Of a DNA stretch of 40,699 bases, positions 1 to 6,759 are shown piece after piece. The translations under genes and the position numbers were made by a program. Numbering within the stretch: position 1 is the first letter of the stretch; each line of letters opens with the position of its first letter. Source of the DNA: a virus (lineage: Duplodnaviria; Caudoviricetes); IMG/VR virus record IMGVR_UViG_3300020045_002641, positions 1-40,699 of that record; one strand, given 5' to 3'. The notes below the pieces were generated by a model. The model did no database searches. It saw only the letters and a list, made by a program, of their open reading frames with translations, and had not been told where the DNA came from.

Positions 1-161
1 GGTTCCGCAGGCTTGATGCGGTAGTCAGAAGTTGCCCAATCAAATAACGGCTCTCCTTGTGTGTCGTAATAACTATTTGGATAGGCCGGGCTGTTATTCT
101 GAATCTGCTTACCATCAAGGTAAGCCTGTTGAATCTCGGTGCGTTCTTTGAGTGTTTTCAT
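1..161 (-). CDS. Hypothetical early protein, truncated by window edge; paralog of the N-terminus of 3294..4022
   Basis: Manual translation MKTLKERTEIQQAYLDGKQIQ...FDWATSDYRIKPAE vs MKSLAERTAIQQAYLDGKAVQ...FAWHLHDYRIKPAE; ATGA overlap with the upstream stop. Confidence 0.8.
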   Translation of the reverse strand, partial: MKTLKERTEIQQAYLDGKQIQNNSPAYPNSYYDTQGEPLFDWATSDYRIKPAE

Positions 162-676
162 TCGCCTTTCTCCAATTTGTCAGCTAGCTCATCAAGCTCA
201 ACAACGGCGTGATGTTCCATAGCATCACCGCTTAACGCATACTTTTCTATGAAATAGTCAGCGGCTTTTCGCAAAACCTGAGCATCCCGCTTGCGCAGGA
301 TTTCTGCGCCGGTATCGGTCATAGCGAGAGCTTCCTTTGCGTACCTAAGTTCGTAAGAAACATCTTCATCATCCGGGCTGCGAAGGTCTTCACATTCAAG
401 GTCATGCAGCATCTTTAGCGCATTTCGCAACACTTCGTTCTGCGCTGCGAGTTCGGAAATCTGATCTGTCAATCCGTTGAACCGGGTTTCCTCTACCTCA
501 AGCTCGGCTTCTAGCTCATTGATCCGTGCATCCTTCAGCGCGGCGCAGGCTTGCCATGCGCTCCAGTTTTCCTGCACGCAAAGGGTCTTGTATGTCCCAT
601 TACTGCGCTTCTCGATGTTGCGTGAAACGCTGTCGTCGACGCTGGCCCACTTCTCAAATGATTCTTGTTCGGTCAT
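158..676 (-). CDS. Hypothetical coiled-coil early protein; paralog of 1957..2466
   Basis: Start MTEQESFEKW after a GGAG RBS; shares N-terminal and central modules with 1957..2466. Confidence 0.8.
   Translation of the reverse strand: MTEQESFEKWASVDDSVSRNIEKRSNGTYKTLCVQENWSAWQACAALKDARINELEAELEVEETRFNGLTDQISELAAQNEVLRNALKMLHDLECEDLRSPDDEDVSYELRYAKEALAMTDTGAEILRKRDAQVLRKAADYFIEKYALSGDAMEHHAVVELDELADKLEKGE
281..451 (-). repeat. 171-bp inverted repeat, left copy
   Basis: Reverse complement matches 2257-2427 with 3 mismatches by eye. Confidence 0.92.
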
Positions 677-819
677 TTCTTTTTCTCCATAATGTGGAAC
701 TGCCAACCACAGTGCGGACAGTACATAGTTTTTGTTGGTATCCAGTCCCCAATTGACCACCACTTCGTGCAAGAGTCGCAAAGGAAGTGATATAGGGTTT
801 CTTTGCTAAACTGGATCAT
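673..819 (-). CDS. Small zinc-ribbon protein
   Basis: MIQFSKETLYHFLCDSC...YCPHCG; two CxxC motifs; GGAG RBS; ATGA overlap with the next gene. Confidence 0.7.
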   Translation of the reverse strand: MIQFSKETLYHFLCDSCTKWWSIGDWIPTKTMYCPHCGWQFHIMEKKK

Positions 820-918
820 CACTCTCTCCCTATAACCGTTCAGCGCGCGGTGGCTCAGGGAGTACTGGCTGGCCTTGCAGCAAGGGCGCGAAGTCCGGCT
901 CATCGGCAGGCCAGGGCG

Positions 919-971
919 GTAATCCCCAGCTCGTCAGGTATTCGTGGAGTGCCTGACCGGATGCGGATTGC
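919..971 (+). promoter_or_regulatory. Long imperfect RNA hairpin upstream of the first rightward gene (possible RNase III/processing site)
   Basis: GTAATCC..GTCAGGTATTC gtg GAGTGCCTGAC..GGATTGC, then AGGAGG RBS; function is inference. Confidence 0.45.
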
Positions 972-990
972 ATCGACACAGGAGGTTCAG

Positions 991-1254
991 ATGAGCAAGC
1001 ATACAGCAGTCGTGACGCTCGACCTAGGCGAGCTAGGCGAGACAGAGGTCACGGTGAATTACAGCTACAGTCCGGCAGTGCCGGGTCGGCAGTTCCTGAA
1101 GAATGGCGATCCAGGTTATCCGGATGAGCCGGCGGAGCTGGAAGTCCTCTCCCTCGCTTACGAAGGGATAATCCTGCCGCAATCCTTCTGGGCCTGCGGG
1201 ACCAGCGCAATCAAAGAAGCCCTGAACATCGAATGGGAGGAAGCGCCATGCTGA
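991..1254 (+). CDS. Hypothetical phage protein
   Basis: AGGAGG RBS before ATG 991; GDPGYPDEPAELEV motif typical of small phage early proteins. Confidence 0.75.
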   Translation: MSKHTAVVTLDLGELGETEVTVNYSYSPAVPGRQFLKNGDPGYPDEPAELEVLSLAYEGIILPQSFWACGTSAIKEALNIEWEEAPC

Positions 1255-1415
1255 GCCAGTCACCATTCCAGCGCTTCACCGCCTTGGCAGAGCGGCTCTA
1301 CCCGAACCTGCCTGACCGAAGGCTCCAGCGCCGGCAGGCCAGGCGCTTCATCCACGCAGCCCGTTACGCCCGGCAGACCTCGGCGGGTAAGCGAATCTAC
1401 GGCCAGGAGGAATAG
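1248..1415 (+). CDS. Hypothetical basic protein
   Basis: GGAGG RBS; overlaps the upstream stop. Confidence 0.6.
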   Translation: MLSQSPFQRFTALAERLYPNLPDRRLQRRQARRFIHAARYARQTSAGKRIYGQEE

Positions 1416-1416
1416 C

Positions 1417-1503
1417 ATGAAAAACGAACCAGGCGATGTGGCGGTGTTCTGGCTCGCCCTGGCTGTGCTTACCTACACAACCCTGGAGACAATACCGTGG
1501 TGA
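1417..1503 (+). CDS. 28-aa membrane peptide (not in ORF track)
   Basis: AGGAGG RBS; MKNEPGDVAVFWLALAVLTYTTLETIPW; fills the gap between neighbours. Confidence 0.55.
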   Translation: MKNEPGDVAVFWLALAVLTYTTLETIPW

Positions 1504-1784
1504 CCTTCGCGGAGTATCTCGCCAGGCATGTCTCTGGCCGCCCGGTTCAGCTCAAGGCGGTACTCCCGTTCTGGGAACCGCCAGCTCCGGCGGCTACGGT
1601 GAAGCTAACCCCGCTGCACCAAGAAGTCCTCGACGCAATCCAGGGCGAGATGTCAACGCTGGAACTCTCCGCCATCCTGGGAATCAAGAATGAAGCTACC
1701 CGCTGGCGGGCGTACGCGCTGTGTTATAAGGGACTGCTGGAGAAGGTTCCAGACACGCACCCGCAACGCTGGAGACGGACATGA
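1497..1784 (+). CDS. Protein with C-terminal winged helix-turn-helix
   Basis: QEVLDAIQGEMSTLELSAILGIKNEATRWRAYALCYKGLLEKV...RWRR wHTH pattern. Confidence 0.65.
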   Translation: MVTFAEYLARHVSGRPVQLKAVLPFWEPPAPAATVKLTPLHQEVLDAIQGEMSTLELSAILGIKNEATRWRAYALCYKGLLEKVPDTHPQRWRRT

Positions 1785-1960
1785 ATCACGACTTCACCAA
1801 GACGCAGATCGCCGAGCTGGAGATGCTGCGGAAGCAGCGCGACGAGTTGCTTGCTCTTGTGATTCGGTACAGAACCGAAACACCGCTGGGGCATCAGCCG
1901 CACATGATCGCGCATCTAGCTGACGCAGCAATCTCCAGCGTGAAAGGAAAGAAGCCATGA
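1781..1960 (+). CDS. Hypothetical protein, 59 aa (not in ORF track)
   Basis: MNHDFTKTQIAELEMLRKQRDELLAL...; GGAG RBS; ATGA overlaps at both ends. Confidence 0.7.
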   Translation: MNHDFTKTQIAELEMLRKQRDELLALVIRYRTETPLGHQPHMIAHLADAAISSVKGKKP

Positions 1961-2466
1961 CCGAACAAGAAGCATTTGAAAAGTGGGCCAGCGTCGACGG
2001 CTCCGTGATGCGCAACATCGAGAAGCGCGGCAATGGGATGTACTGGAACGTTAACATACAATCCGCATGGAGCGCATGGCAAGCCTGCGCCGCGCGGAAG
2101 GATGTAGAACTCAACCCGCTGAAACTCGCGGGAAAGGTGGCGCTGGATCGCATAGCGGAGCTTAAAGCAAAAGAATCCCAACTTCGAGCATTGCTCGACA
2201 CCTACAATCTCGGCGGGTGGACAGATGCGGAAAGACTAATCTCAGAACGAGATGCGCTCGCAGCGCAGAACGAGGTGTTGCGAAATGCGCTAAAGGTGCT
2301 GCATGACCTTGAATGTGAAGACCTTCGCAGCCCGGATGATGAAGATGTTTCTTACGAACTTAGGTACGCAAAGGAAGCTCTCGCTATGACCGATACCGGC
2401 GCAGAAATCCTGCGCAGGCGGGATGCTGCTTTGCTGCGTAAACTTGCCGACGAGCAGACAGTGTGA
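1957..2466 (+). CDS. Hypothetical modular coiled-coil early protein; paralog of 158..676
   Basis: Coupled to the upstream gene; shared modules with the leftward paralog. Confidence 0.8.
   Translation: MTEQEAFEKWASVDGSVMRNIEKRGNGMYWNVNIQSAWSAWQACAARKDVELNPLKLAGKVALDRIAELKAKESQLRALLDTYNLGGWTDAERLISERDALAAQNEVLRNALKVLHDLECEDLRSPDDEDVSYELRYAKEALAMTDTGAEILRRRDAALLRKLADEQTV
2257..2427 (+). repeat. 171-bp inverted repeat, right copy
   Basis: Matches the reverse complement of 281-451. Confidence 0.92.
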
Positions 2467-2549
2467 ACATGCCCGCACTGTGGTGGGGTGCCAGGAACTG
2501 GTGGAATTATGTGTTGTGATCTAGATTGGTGACGCACTGGAGAACGAAA

Positions 2550-2798
2550 ATGGCAATGGCTGATTACAGACTGTGTGACGTATGTGGGTGCAAGGCGTTC
2601 TATGACGCAAAACTGAACTACGACTGGCCGGATAAAAACGGGAATGATGAGTTCGGTAACAAGATCGAACCTCACGAGCTTGTCCGCGACAGCGGGCACA
2701 AACTGGACATGCTTGGGGATTGGGCTGTGATCTGTACAGATTGCGCCAAGACGCACAAATGTATCGTCGCGCATCTTGAACTGGGGAAAGCAAAATGA
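2550..2798 (+). CDS. Zinc-finger hypothetical protein
   Basis: CDVC...CTDC; GGAG RBS before ATG 2550. Confidence 0.75.
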   Translation: MAMADYRLCDVCGCKAFYDAKLNYDWPDKNGNDEFGNKIEPHELVRDSGHKLDMLGDWAVICTDCAKTHKCIVAHLELGKAK

Positions 2799-3118
2799 CA
2801 GACAAGGAACTTCTCGAACTTGTGGCTAAGGCTGCGGGGATTGAGGAAGACACTCGTTATGCAGGGTGTTACTACAACGACAATGGGCTGCCGTGGAACC
2901 CTCTCGCTGACGATGGCGATGCTTTGAGGCTTGCGGTGAAATTAAAACTATCAGTCGATACAGACTGGTACAACCCAGATGCTTGCTGGTACACAGAAAA
3001 AACAGTAGTCGCAGGCTCCGAAAGCGTTGAAGAAGAGCCACATAACGCCGATCCCTACGCAGCAACACGCAGGGCGATTGTCAGGGTAGCAGCACAAATT
3101 GGAAAGGAGATGGAATGA
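2795..3118 (+). CDS. Conserved hypothetical phage protein
   Basis: WNPLADDGDALRLAVKL and DPYAATRRAIVRVAAQIG motifs common in proteobacterial phage early regions. Confidence 0.8.
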   Translation: MTDKELLELVAKAAGIEEDTRYAGCYYNDNGLPWNPLADDGDALRLAVKLKLSVDTDWYNPDACWYTEKTVVAGSESVEEEPHNADPYAATRRAIVRVAAQIGKEME

Positions 3119-3297
3119 CCGAAGAAGATCGAGAGATGCGAGCCATAGTAATGCAGCTAGCTGGCGCAGTAGGGTTGCCGGATGAATGGCTAGGGGAGCC
3201 AACGCTAGTGATATTGAAGGCTTGCTACAACCGAGTGCTGGAAGCAAAGTCCTTATTTTCTCAGGGCGTCATGATGTTGAAAGGGGATAAGAAATGA
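3115..3297 (+). CDS. Hypothetical protein
   Basis: AGGAG RBS; ATGA overlaps on both sides. Confidence 0.65.
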   Translation: MTEEDREMRAIVMQLAGAVGLPDEWLGEPTLVILKACYNRVLEAKSLFSQGVMMLKGDKK

Positions 3298-4022
3298 AAT
3301 CACTAGCAGAACGAACCGCCATCCAGCAGGCGTATCTGGATGGGAAGGCTGTGCAGTTCTTTTCGAGGCTCGAAGAAAAGTGGATAAATCTAGTCGGGGC
3401 AGATGGGGATTTTGCATGGCACTTACACGACTACCGCATAAAGCCTGCCGAGCCTGTGAAGTTGTATCAGGCGTTGTGCAAAGCCGGTCGTGGGTATTAC
3501 GTGTCATCCTATTTGTATATCGACGAAGCTGCCGTACGCAAAGAACTGCCAAATGATTTCATCCGTCTTCTTGTGGAGAATCCAATCACTGCTGTCAACA
3601 CGGAAAAGGAGCGAAAAATGGAAAAGATTTTGGCGATAAATGATTACGAAGGAAAAGACGGATATTCAGGTGTTGAAGGGTTTGAGGTTGTTACCGACAA
3701 ACAGAGCATAAAACTCTTCATTGATAACGACCAATCTTGTTGTGAAAAATGGGGTTATTTCTGGTGCAACGAAGACCCGCAAATCTTTATTGGTTCTGAA
3801 CTGCGTGGCGTTACCGTTACCGACGACGCCCTTAACGAAGGGCAGATGAAGGCCAACGACCTGAATCCGAATGACAAGTATTTTGAAGGCGGGATTATGT
3901 TTGTAAATCTCGACACGAGCGCCGGAGTGCTTCAGTTTGTGGCCTACAACGAACACAACGGCTACTACGGGCACGCTGCGAAGGTCGTCAGCACGCAACT
4001 GACGCGTGAAGAAAGATTGTGA
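3294..4022 (+). CDS. In-frame fusion of two hypothetical phage genes (second start at 3618)
   Basis: Internal AAGGAG RBS + ATG 3618 (MEKILAIND...QSCCE...NEHNGYY); N-terminal half is paralogous to 1..161. Confidence 0.75.
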   Translation: MKSLAERTAIQQAYLDGKAVQFFSRLEEKWINLVGADGDFAWHLHDYRIKPAEPVKLYQALCKAGRGYYVSSYLYIDEAAVRKELPNDFIRLLVENPITAVNTEKERKMEKILAINDYEGKDGYSGVEGFEVVTDKQSIKLFIDNDQSCCEKWGYFWCNEDPQIFIGSELRGVTVTDDALNEGQMKANDLNPNDKYFEGGIMFVNLDTSAGVLQFVAYNEHNGYYGHAAKVVSTQLTREERL

Positions 4023-4030
4023 CGGCTAAC

Positions 4031-4164
4031 GCGGCGACGTGTATCACTCGATTTGGCGTCTGATCGGAGCCGAAGACATTGATGGCAACGGGATGTCTCA
4101 GCGGGCCGACGACAAAGCGAAGAGCATTAAGCGCTACCTGCATCACCAAGCGCCTAACGCCTGA
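4031..4164 (+). pseudogene. 3' remnant of a cassette gene
   Basis: Frame RGDVYHSIWRLIGAED...HHQAPNA* ends inside attC like the other cassette genes but has no RBS or 5' part. Confidence 0.5.
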
Positions 4165-4207
4165 ATTCACCGGACTGCTACGCAGCCGGTGCAATGACGG
4201 GTTAGCC
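4152..4207 (-). other. attC-like recombination site
   Basis: Minus strand: GGCTAAC CCGTC ATT(G)CAC CGG CTGC GTA GCAG T CCG GTG AAT TCAGGC GTTAGGC = R'', 5-nt spacer, L'' with an unpaired base, stem-loop, L', 6-nt spacer, R'. Confidence 0.8.
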
Positions 4208-4250
4208 GTGCGCCCGACAATGCACAGCACAAAGCAAAGGAGAAACAAAC

Positions 4251-4475
4251 ATGAGCCAAGAAAAACTAGACCACGTTGTTGCTGGCGCAATTTTCGATTT
4301 CATGGGATGGCTGACTACGCGCCCAGAAAAACTTGTGCTTTCCAGCGCAGACAACGCCGCGCCAGCCGCAGAAGCGGTAAAGGATTTTCTAACGATGCGC
4401 GGCGTTGCGCAGGATTGCGAGCCGATGATTCACGACTGGCCTGCACGGTGCAGCATGGTGACGGCTAACGCATAG
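4251..4475 (+). CDS. Hypothetical protein, cassette cargo
   Basis: AAGGAG RBS; flanked by GTTAGCCGT (4201) and ACGGCTAAC (4461). Confidence 0.8.
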   Translation: MSQEKLDHVVAGAIFDFMGWLTTRPEKLVLSSADNAAPAAEAVKDFLTMRGVAQDCEPMIHDWPARCSMVTANA

Positions 4476-4600
4476 CTTGAGGGACTGGCGGCCGTCTTGA
4501 CCGCTATGCGGCGGTAGTACGGCGACCAGTAACAAGCCGCCGCCCTGATGCTACGGGCGAGGCCAAGAACAGTCATGGGTGCGTTGGTGGCGTTCATCAT
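4430..4600 (-). CDS. Putative 56-aa antisense leader ORF
   Basis: AAGGAG RBS 8 nt before ATG; MMNATNAPMTVLGLARSIRAAAC...; downstream of the minus-strand promoter; reads through the degenerate att site. Confidence 0.4.
   Translation of the reverse strand: MMNATNAPMTVLGLARSIRAAACYWSPYYRRIAVKTAASPSSYALAVTMLHRAGQS
4463..4538 (-). other. Degenerate attC-like site (R' and L' intact, R'' missing)
   Basis: Minus strand ...CCAGTCCCTCAAGC TATGC GTTAGCC; imperfect hairpin 4475-4538. Confidence 0.5.
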
Positions 4601-4650
4601 GGCGGCGACTCCTTAAAAACCGGGTTGCGAAATGCTGCCCTATGTGAGTC

Positions 4651-4678
4651 ATTATATCCACCGGATATAGATTGTAAA
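4651..4678 (-). promoter_or_regulatory. Leftward sigma70-like promoter with overlapping palindrome
   Basis: TTTACA-16-TATAAT on the minus strand; TATATCC-N3-GGATATA inverted repeat across the spacer and -10. Confidence 0.6.
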
Positions 4679-4701
4679 GAGGCGCAAGAGGTATTTTTGA
4701 G

Positions 4702-4791
4702 GGCTAACGCTTAGGTAACAAGCCGCCGCGACCGGTGGCTATTTGACGAACAACGCTCATTGCGGCGGTCTTGTTGACCGTTGAGTTGGGC
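4702..4791 (-). other. attC recombination site (canonical geometry)
   Basis: Minus strand: GCCCAAC TCAAC GGT(C)AACAAG(A)CCGCCGC...GCGGCGG CTTGTT ACC TAAGC GTTAGCC; two unpaired bases 6 nt apart as in classical attC. Confidence 0.88.
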
Positions 4792-4817
4792 TGGTTTTTG
4801 ACAAAGGAATTGACCAA

Positions 4818-5051
4818 ATGATTACGTTTACCGTAGCAGAAATTAAAGACTTGGCCGAGTGCGCAGGAATTGCTTTAGCCAAGGACGTTACCTATGACGC
4901 TGACGAACTGGAAACCGAAATCGTTGTGATGGTGTGCCCGAAAGAAGGGGTTCGGAACGATGACGGGAAACCCGAGCATTACACACACATTGCCTTTTTT
5001 GCGGACTACCCGGAAGAAGGTAGCCACCCACTCGGTGGGAAACTGACTTGA
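4818..5051 (+). CDS. Hypothetical acidic protein, cassette cargo
   Basis: AAGGA RBS; flanked by GTTGGGC (4785) and GCCCAAC (5053). Confidence 0.8.
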   Translation: MITFTVAEIKDLAECAGIALAKDVTYDADELETEIVVMVCPKEGVRNDDGKPEHYTHIAFFADYPEEGSHPLGGKLT

Positions 5052-5052
5052 C

Positions 5053-5088
5053 GCCCAACGCAGAGTAGACACCTATTGAGGTGTCTAC
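5053..5088 (-). other. Terminal att-like site: R' box plus perfect 10-bp hairpin
   Basis: GCCCAAC GCAGA GTAGACACCT attg AGGTGTCTAC. Confidence 0.5.
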
Positions 5089-5118
5089 AACCCAAAAAAC
5101 GAGCAATGGGAGAGTGAT

Positions 5119-5334
5119 ATGACCTTACAGCAAGCCCTCGAATGGGCGGACAAGAACAGCGGGGCAGAAGCAACCGACCGTCTGCGTAGTCGTGCCGTAG
5201 TCAAAACCCTTGCCTCCACTGTCCGGACATACGAGAGATGGATCGAGCAGCACGGAGAGTACAGCAACACATGCACGCGCCTGATCCTCGGCAGGGTCTG
5301 TCCGTATTGTCAGTGCGAACGGGAGGATAAATGA
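5119..5334 (+). CDS. Hypothetical protein with Cys-rich C-terminus
   Basis: GGAG RBS; H...C...CPYCQC. Confidence 0.7.
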   Translation: MTLQQALEWADKNSGAEATDRLRSRAVVKTLASTVRTYERWIEQHGEYSNTCTRLILGRVCPYCQCEREDK

Positions 5335-5516
5335 ACCGCATCCTAGCGTGGCTATTGCCACACCTCTGCCCCATCTGCGGGCGCAGATACCGGAAGGCCG
5401 GCTGGCACATCTGCCGGCTTGAAGACGTCTGCACGCCTTGTGCCCGGACACTCCAGTCCACCCACTCCGCCGCAGAACATCGCCCGGACGGTACAGTTCG
5501 TACAAATACCCATTGA
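5331..5516 (+). CDS. Small zinc-finger protein
   Basis: GGAGG RBS; CPIC...HIC. Confidence 0.5.
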   Translation: MNRILAWLLPHLCPICGRRYRKAGWHICRLEDVCTPCARTLQSTHSAAEHRPDGTVRTNTH

Positions 5517-5540
5517 CACCCATGGCGCATCGCGTATAAT
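5513..5540 (+). promoter_or_regulatory. sigma70 promoter
   Basis: TTGACA-16-TATAAT, both hexamers consensus. Confidence 0.8.
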
Positions 5541-5601
5541 CAACAATTCGGGAACACGGTAACGCCCATTCAAAAGGTTGCCACATTAAGGAGTAGTTAG
5601 A

Positions 5602-6228
5602 ATGGCTGAAGTTAAGAAAGAACGTGAAGTCGAGATCGTTACGCTGGAAGACGGTCGTCAGGTAGAATTCGTCGGCAAGCGCCGTGTGCTGAAGGAAGCT
5701 CTGATCGACGAAAGCAAGATCGTGGTCGAAGGCGATGTAGTCCAGGTCAGCACCGGCGCGCTCAAGGTTCGCTTCGACCTGAAGAATGGCTCAACCCGCA
5801 CCTTCGAGATCCCGGTCGGCATGCTCGTGCAGTTCGCCGGCCACGGCGCGGAACAGAAATACGGCGACGAACTGGCCACGACGGCAGCGAATCCCTTGTC
5901 TGAGGAAGACATGGTCGTAGCCCTCGAAGACCTCGACGCCCGTATCCAGAAGGGCGACTGGCGTGTCCAACGCTCCAGTGGCGGCGGTGTCAGCGGCGCA
6001 AGTACAGTCATCCTCGCCATTATGGAAGCAACCGGCAAGGACCAGCTCACCGTCAAGGCGTTCCTGCAGAAAAAGCTCGACGCAGACCCGATGCTCACCC
6101 GGGCGGCCTTGTACGCATCGTTCCGCAATCCTGCATCGAAGACCGGCGCTATCATCAAGCGTATGGAGGAGATGAAGGCCGCCAAGGTCAGCAAGATCGA
6201 CGCGGACGCTGTCCTCAACGAGATGTAA
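5602..6228 (+). CDS. Hypothetical protein, probably highly expressed
   Basis: Own consensus promoter, TAAGGAG RBS, strongly biased codons. Confidence 0.85.
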   Translation: MAEVKKEREVEIVTLEDGRQVEFVGKRRVLKEALIDESKIVVEGDVVQVSTGALKVRFDLKNGSTRTFEIPVGMLVQFAGHGAEQKYGDELATTAANPLSEEDMVVALEDLDARIQKGDWRVQRSSGGGVSGASTVILAIMEATGKDQLTVKAFLQKKLDADPMLTRAALYASFRNPASKTGAIIKRMEEMKAAKVSKIDADAVLNEM

Positions 6229-6460
6229 GAGTCCTGCTTTTCAAGCAACCCCTCAGCGCATCGCGGGGTTGTTTCTGAAGCAGTCTCCCCGGCGAGTCAC
6301 TCCCTCTCGCCTTGACTGTCTAGCGCCAGCGGATTGAGCCTCCCACCTGGCGCGGGATTCGCCCCGGCCTCTTCCCGACATGGAAGGCCGGGGCTGGAGT
6401 CTTACCCTGGAGGCTGGATACGACGGAAGGTTGCTCCTCGACAGTCTTTCACCGTATCCC
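6229..6460 (+). ncRNA. Candidate structured RNA (multi-stem, pseudoknotted)
   Basis: At least 7 complementary helices in a gene-free interval; family not recognised. Confidence 0.5.
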
Positions 6461-6481
6461 CCAAGTTAGTGTAGTTCTGTA

Positions 6482-6510
6482 TTGACACGTGCGCGTTATG
6501 GGGATATAAT
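6482..6510 (+). promoter_or_regulatory. sigma70 promoter
   Basis: TTGACA-17-TATAAT perfect consensus. Confidence 0.88.
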
Positions 6511-6552
6511 GCGTATTGAATTATACAATTTATCACGCACAGGAGGCTCACA

Positions 6553-6759
6553 GTGAAACCTAGTTTTTCGTTCCCTCTCCCAGTCCGCCAGTCCGTGCCT
6601 ACGCACAACGGCTGGGTCAGCCGGGCATGGGATTACGACGCAGCAATCGCGGCGATCAAGTCAGGCGGATGGTTCAGCCATCTATTGTCGTATGACTGGA
6701 ACTCCACCGCAACGACCCGCGCGGTGTTCCAGTTCCAGCGGGAGCGCTATGATGTCTGA
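6553..6759 (+). CDS. Hypothetical protein
   Basis: AGGAGG RBS, GTG start, first gene after the promoter. Confidence 0.7.
   Translation: MKPSFSFPLPVRQSVPTHNGWVSRAWDYDAAIAAIKSGGWFSHLLSYDWNSTATTRAVFQFQRERYDV

Larger units (their letters stand above)
4024..5088 (-). mobile_element. Integron-like gene cassette array without integrase (CALIN-like)
   Basis: Two complete attC sites plus three further GTTRRRY core boxes; complementary cassette ends. Confidence 0.75.

Noticed and set aside
828-900. Additional attC at CTATAAC upstream of the leftward genes
   Set aside because: No matching L boxes, stem or GTTRRRY partner found
6323-6415. HDV-like ribozyme
   Set aside because: P1 and P2-like pairings exist, but only 3 nt (CAC) lie where P3/L3/P1.1 are required
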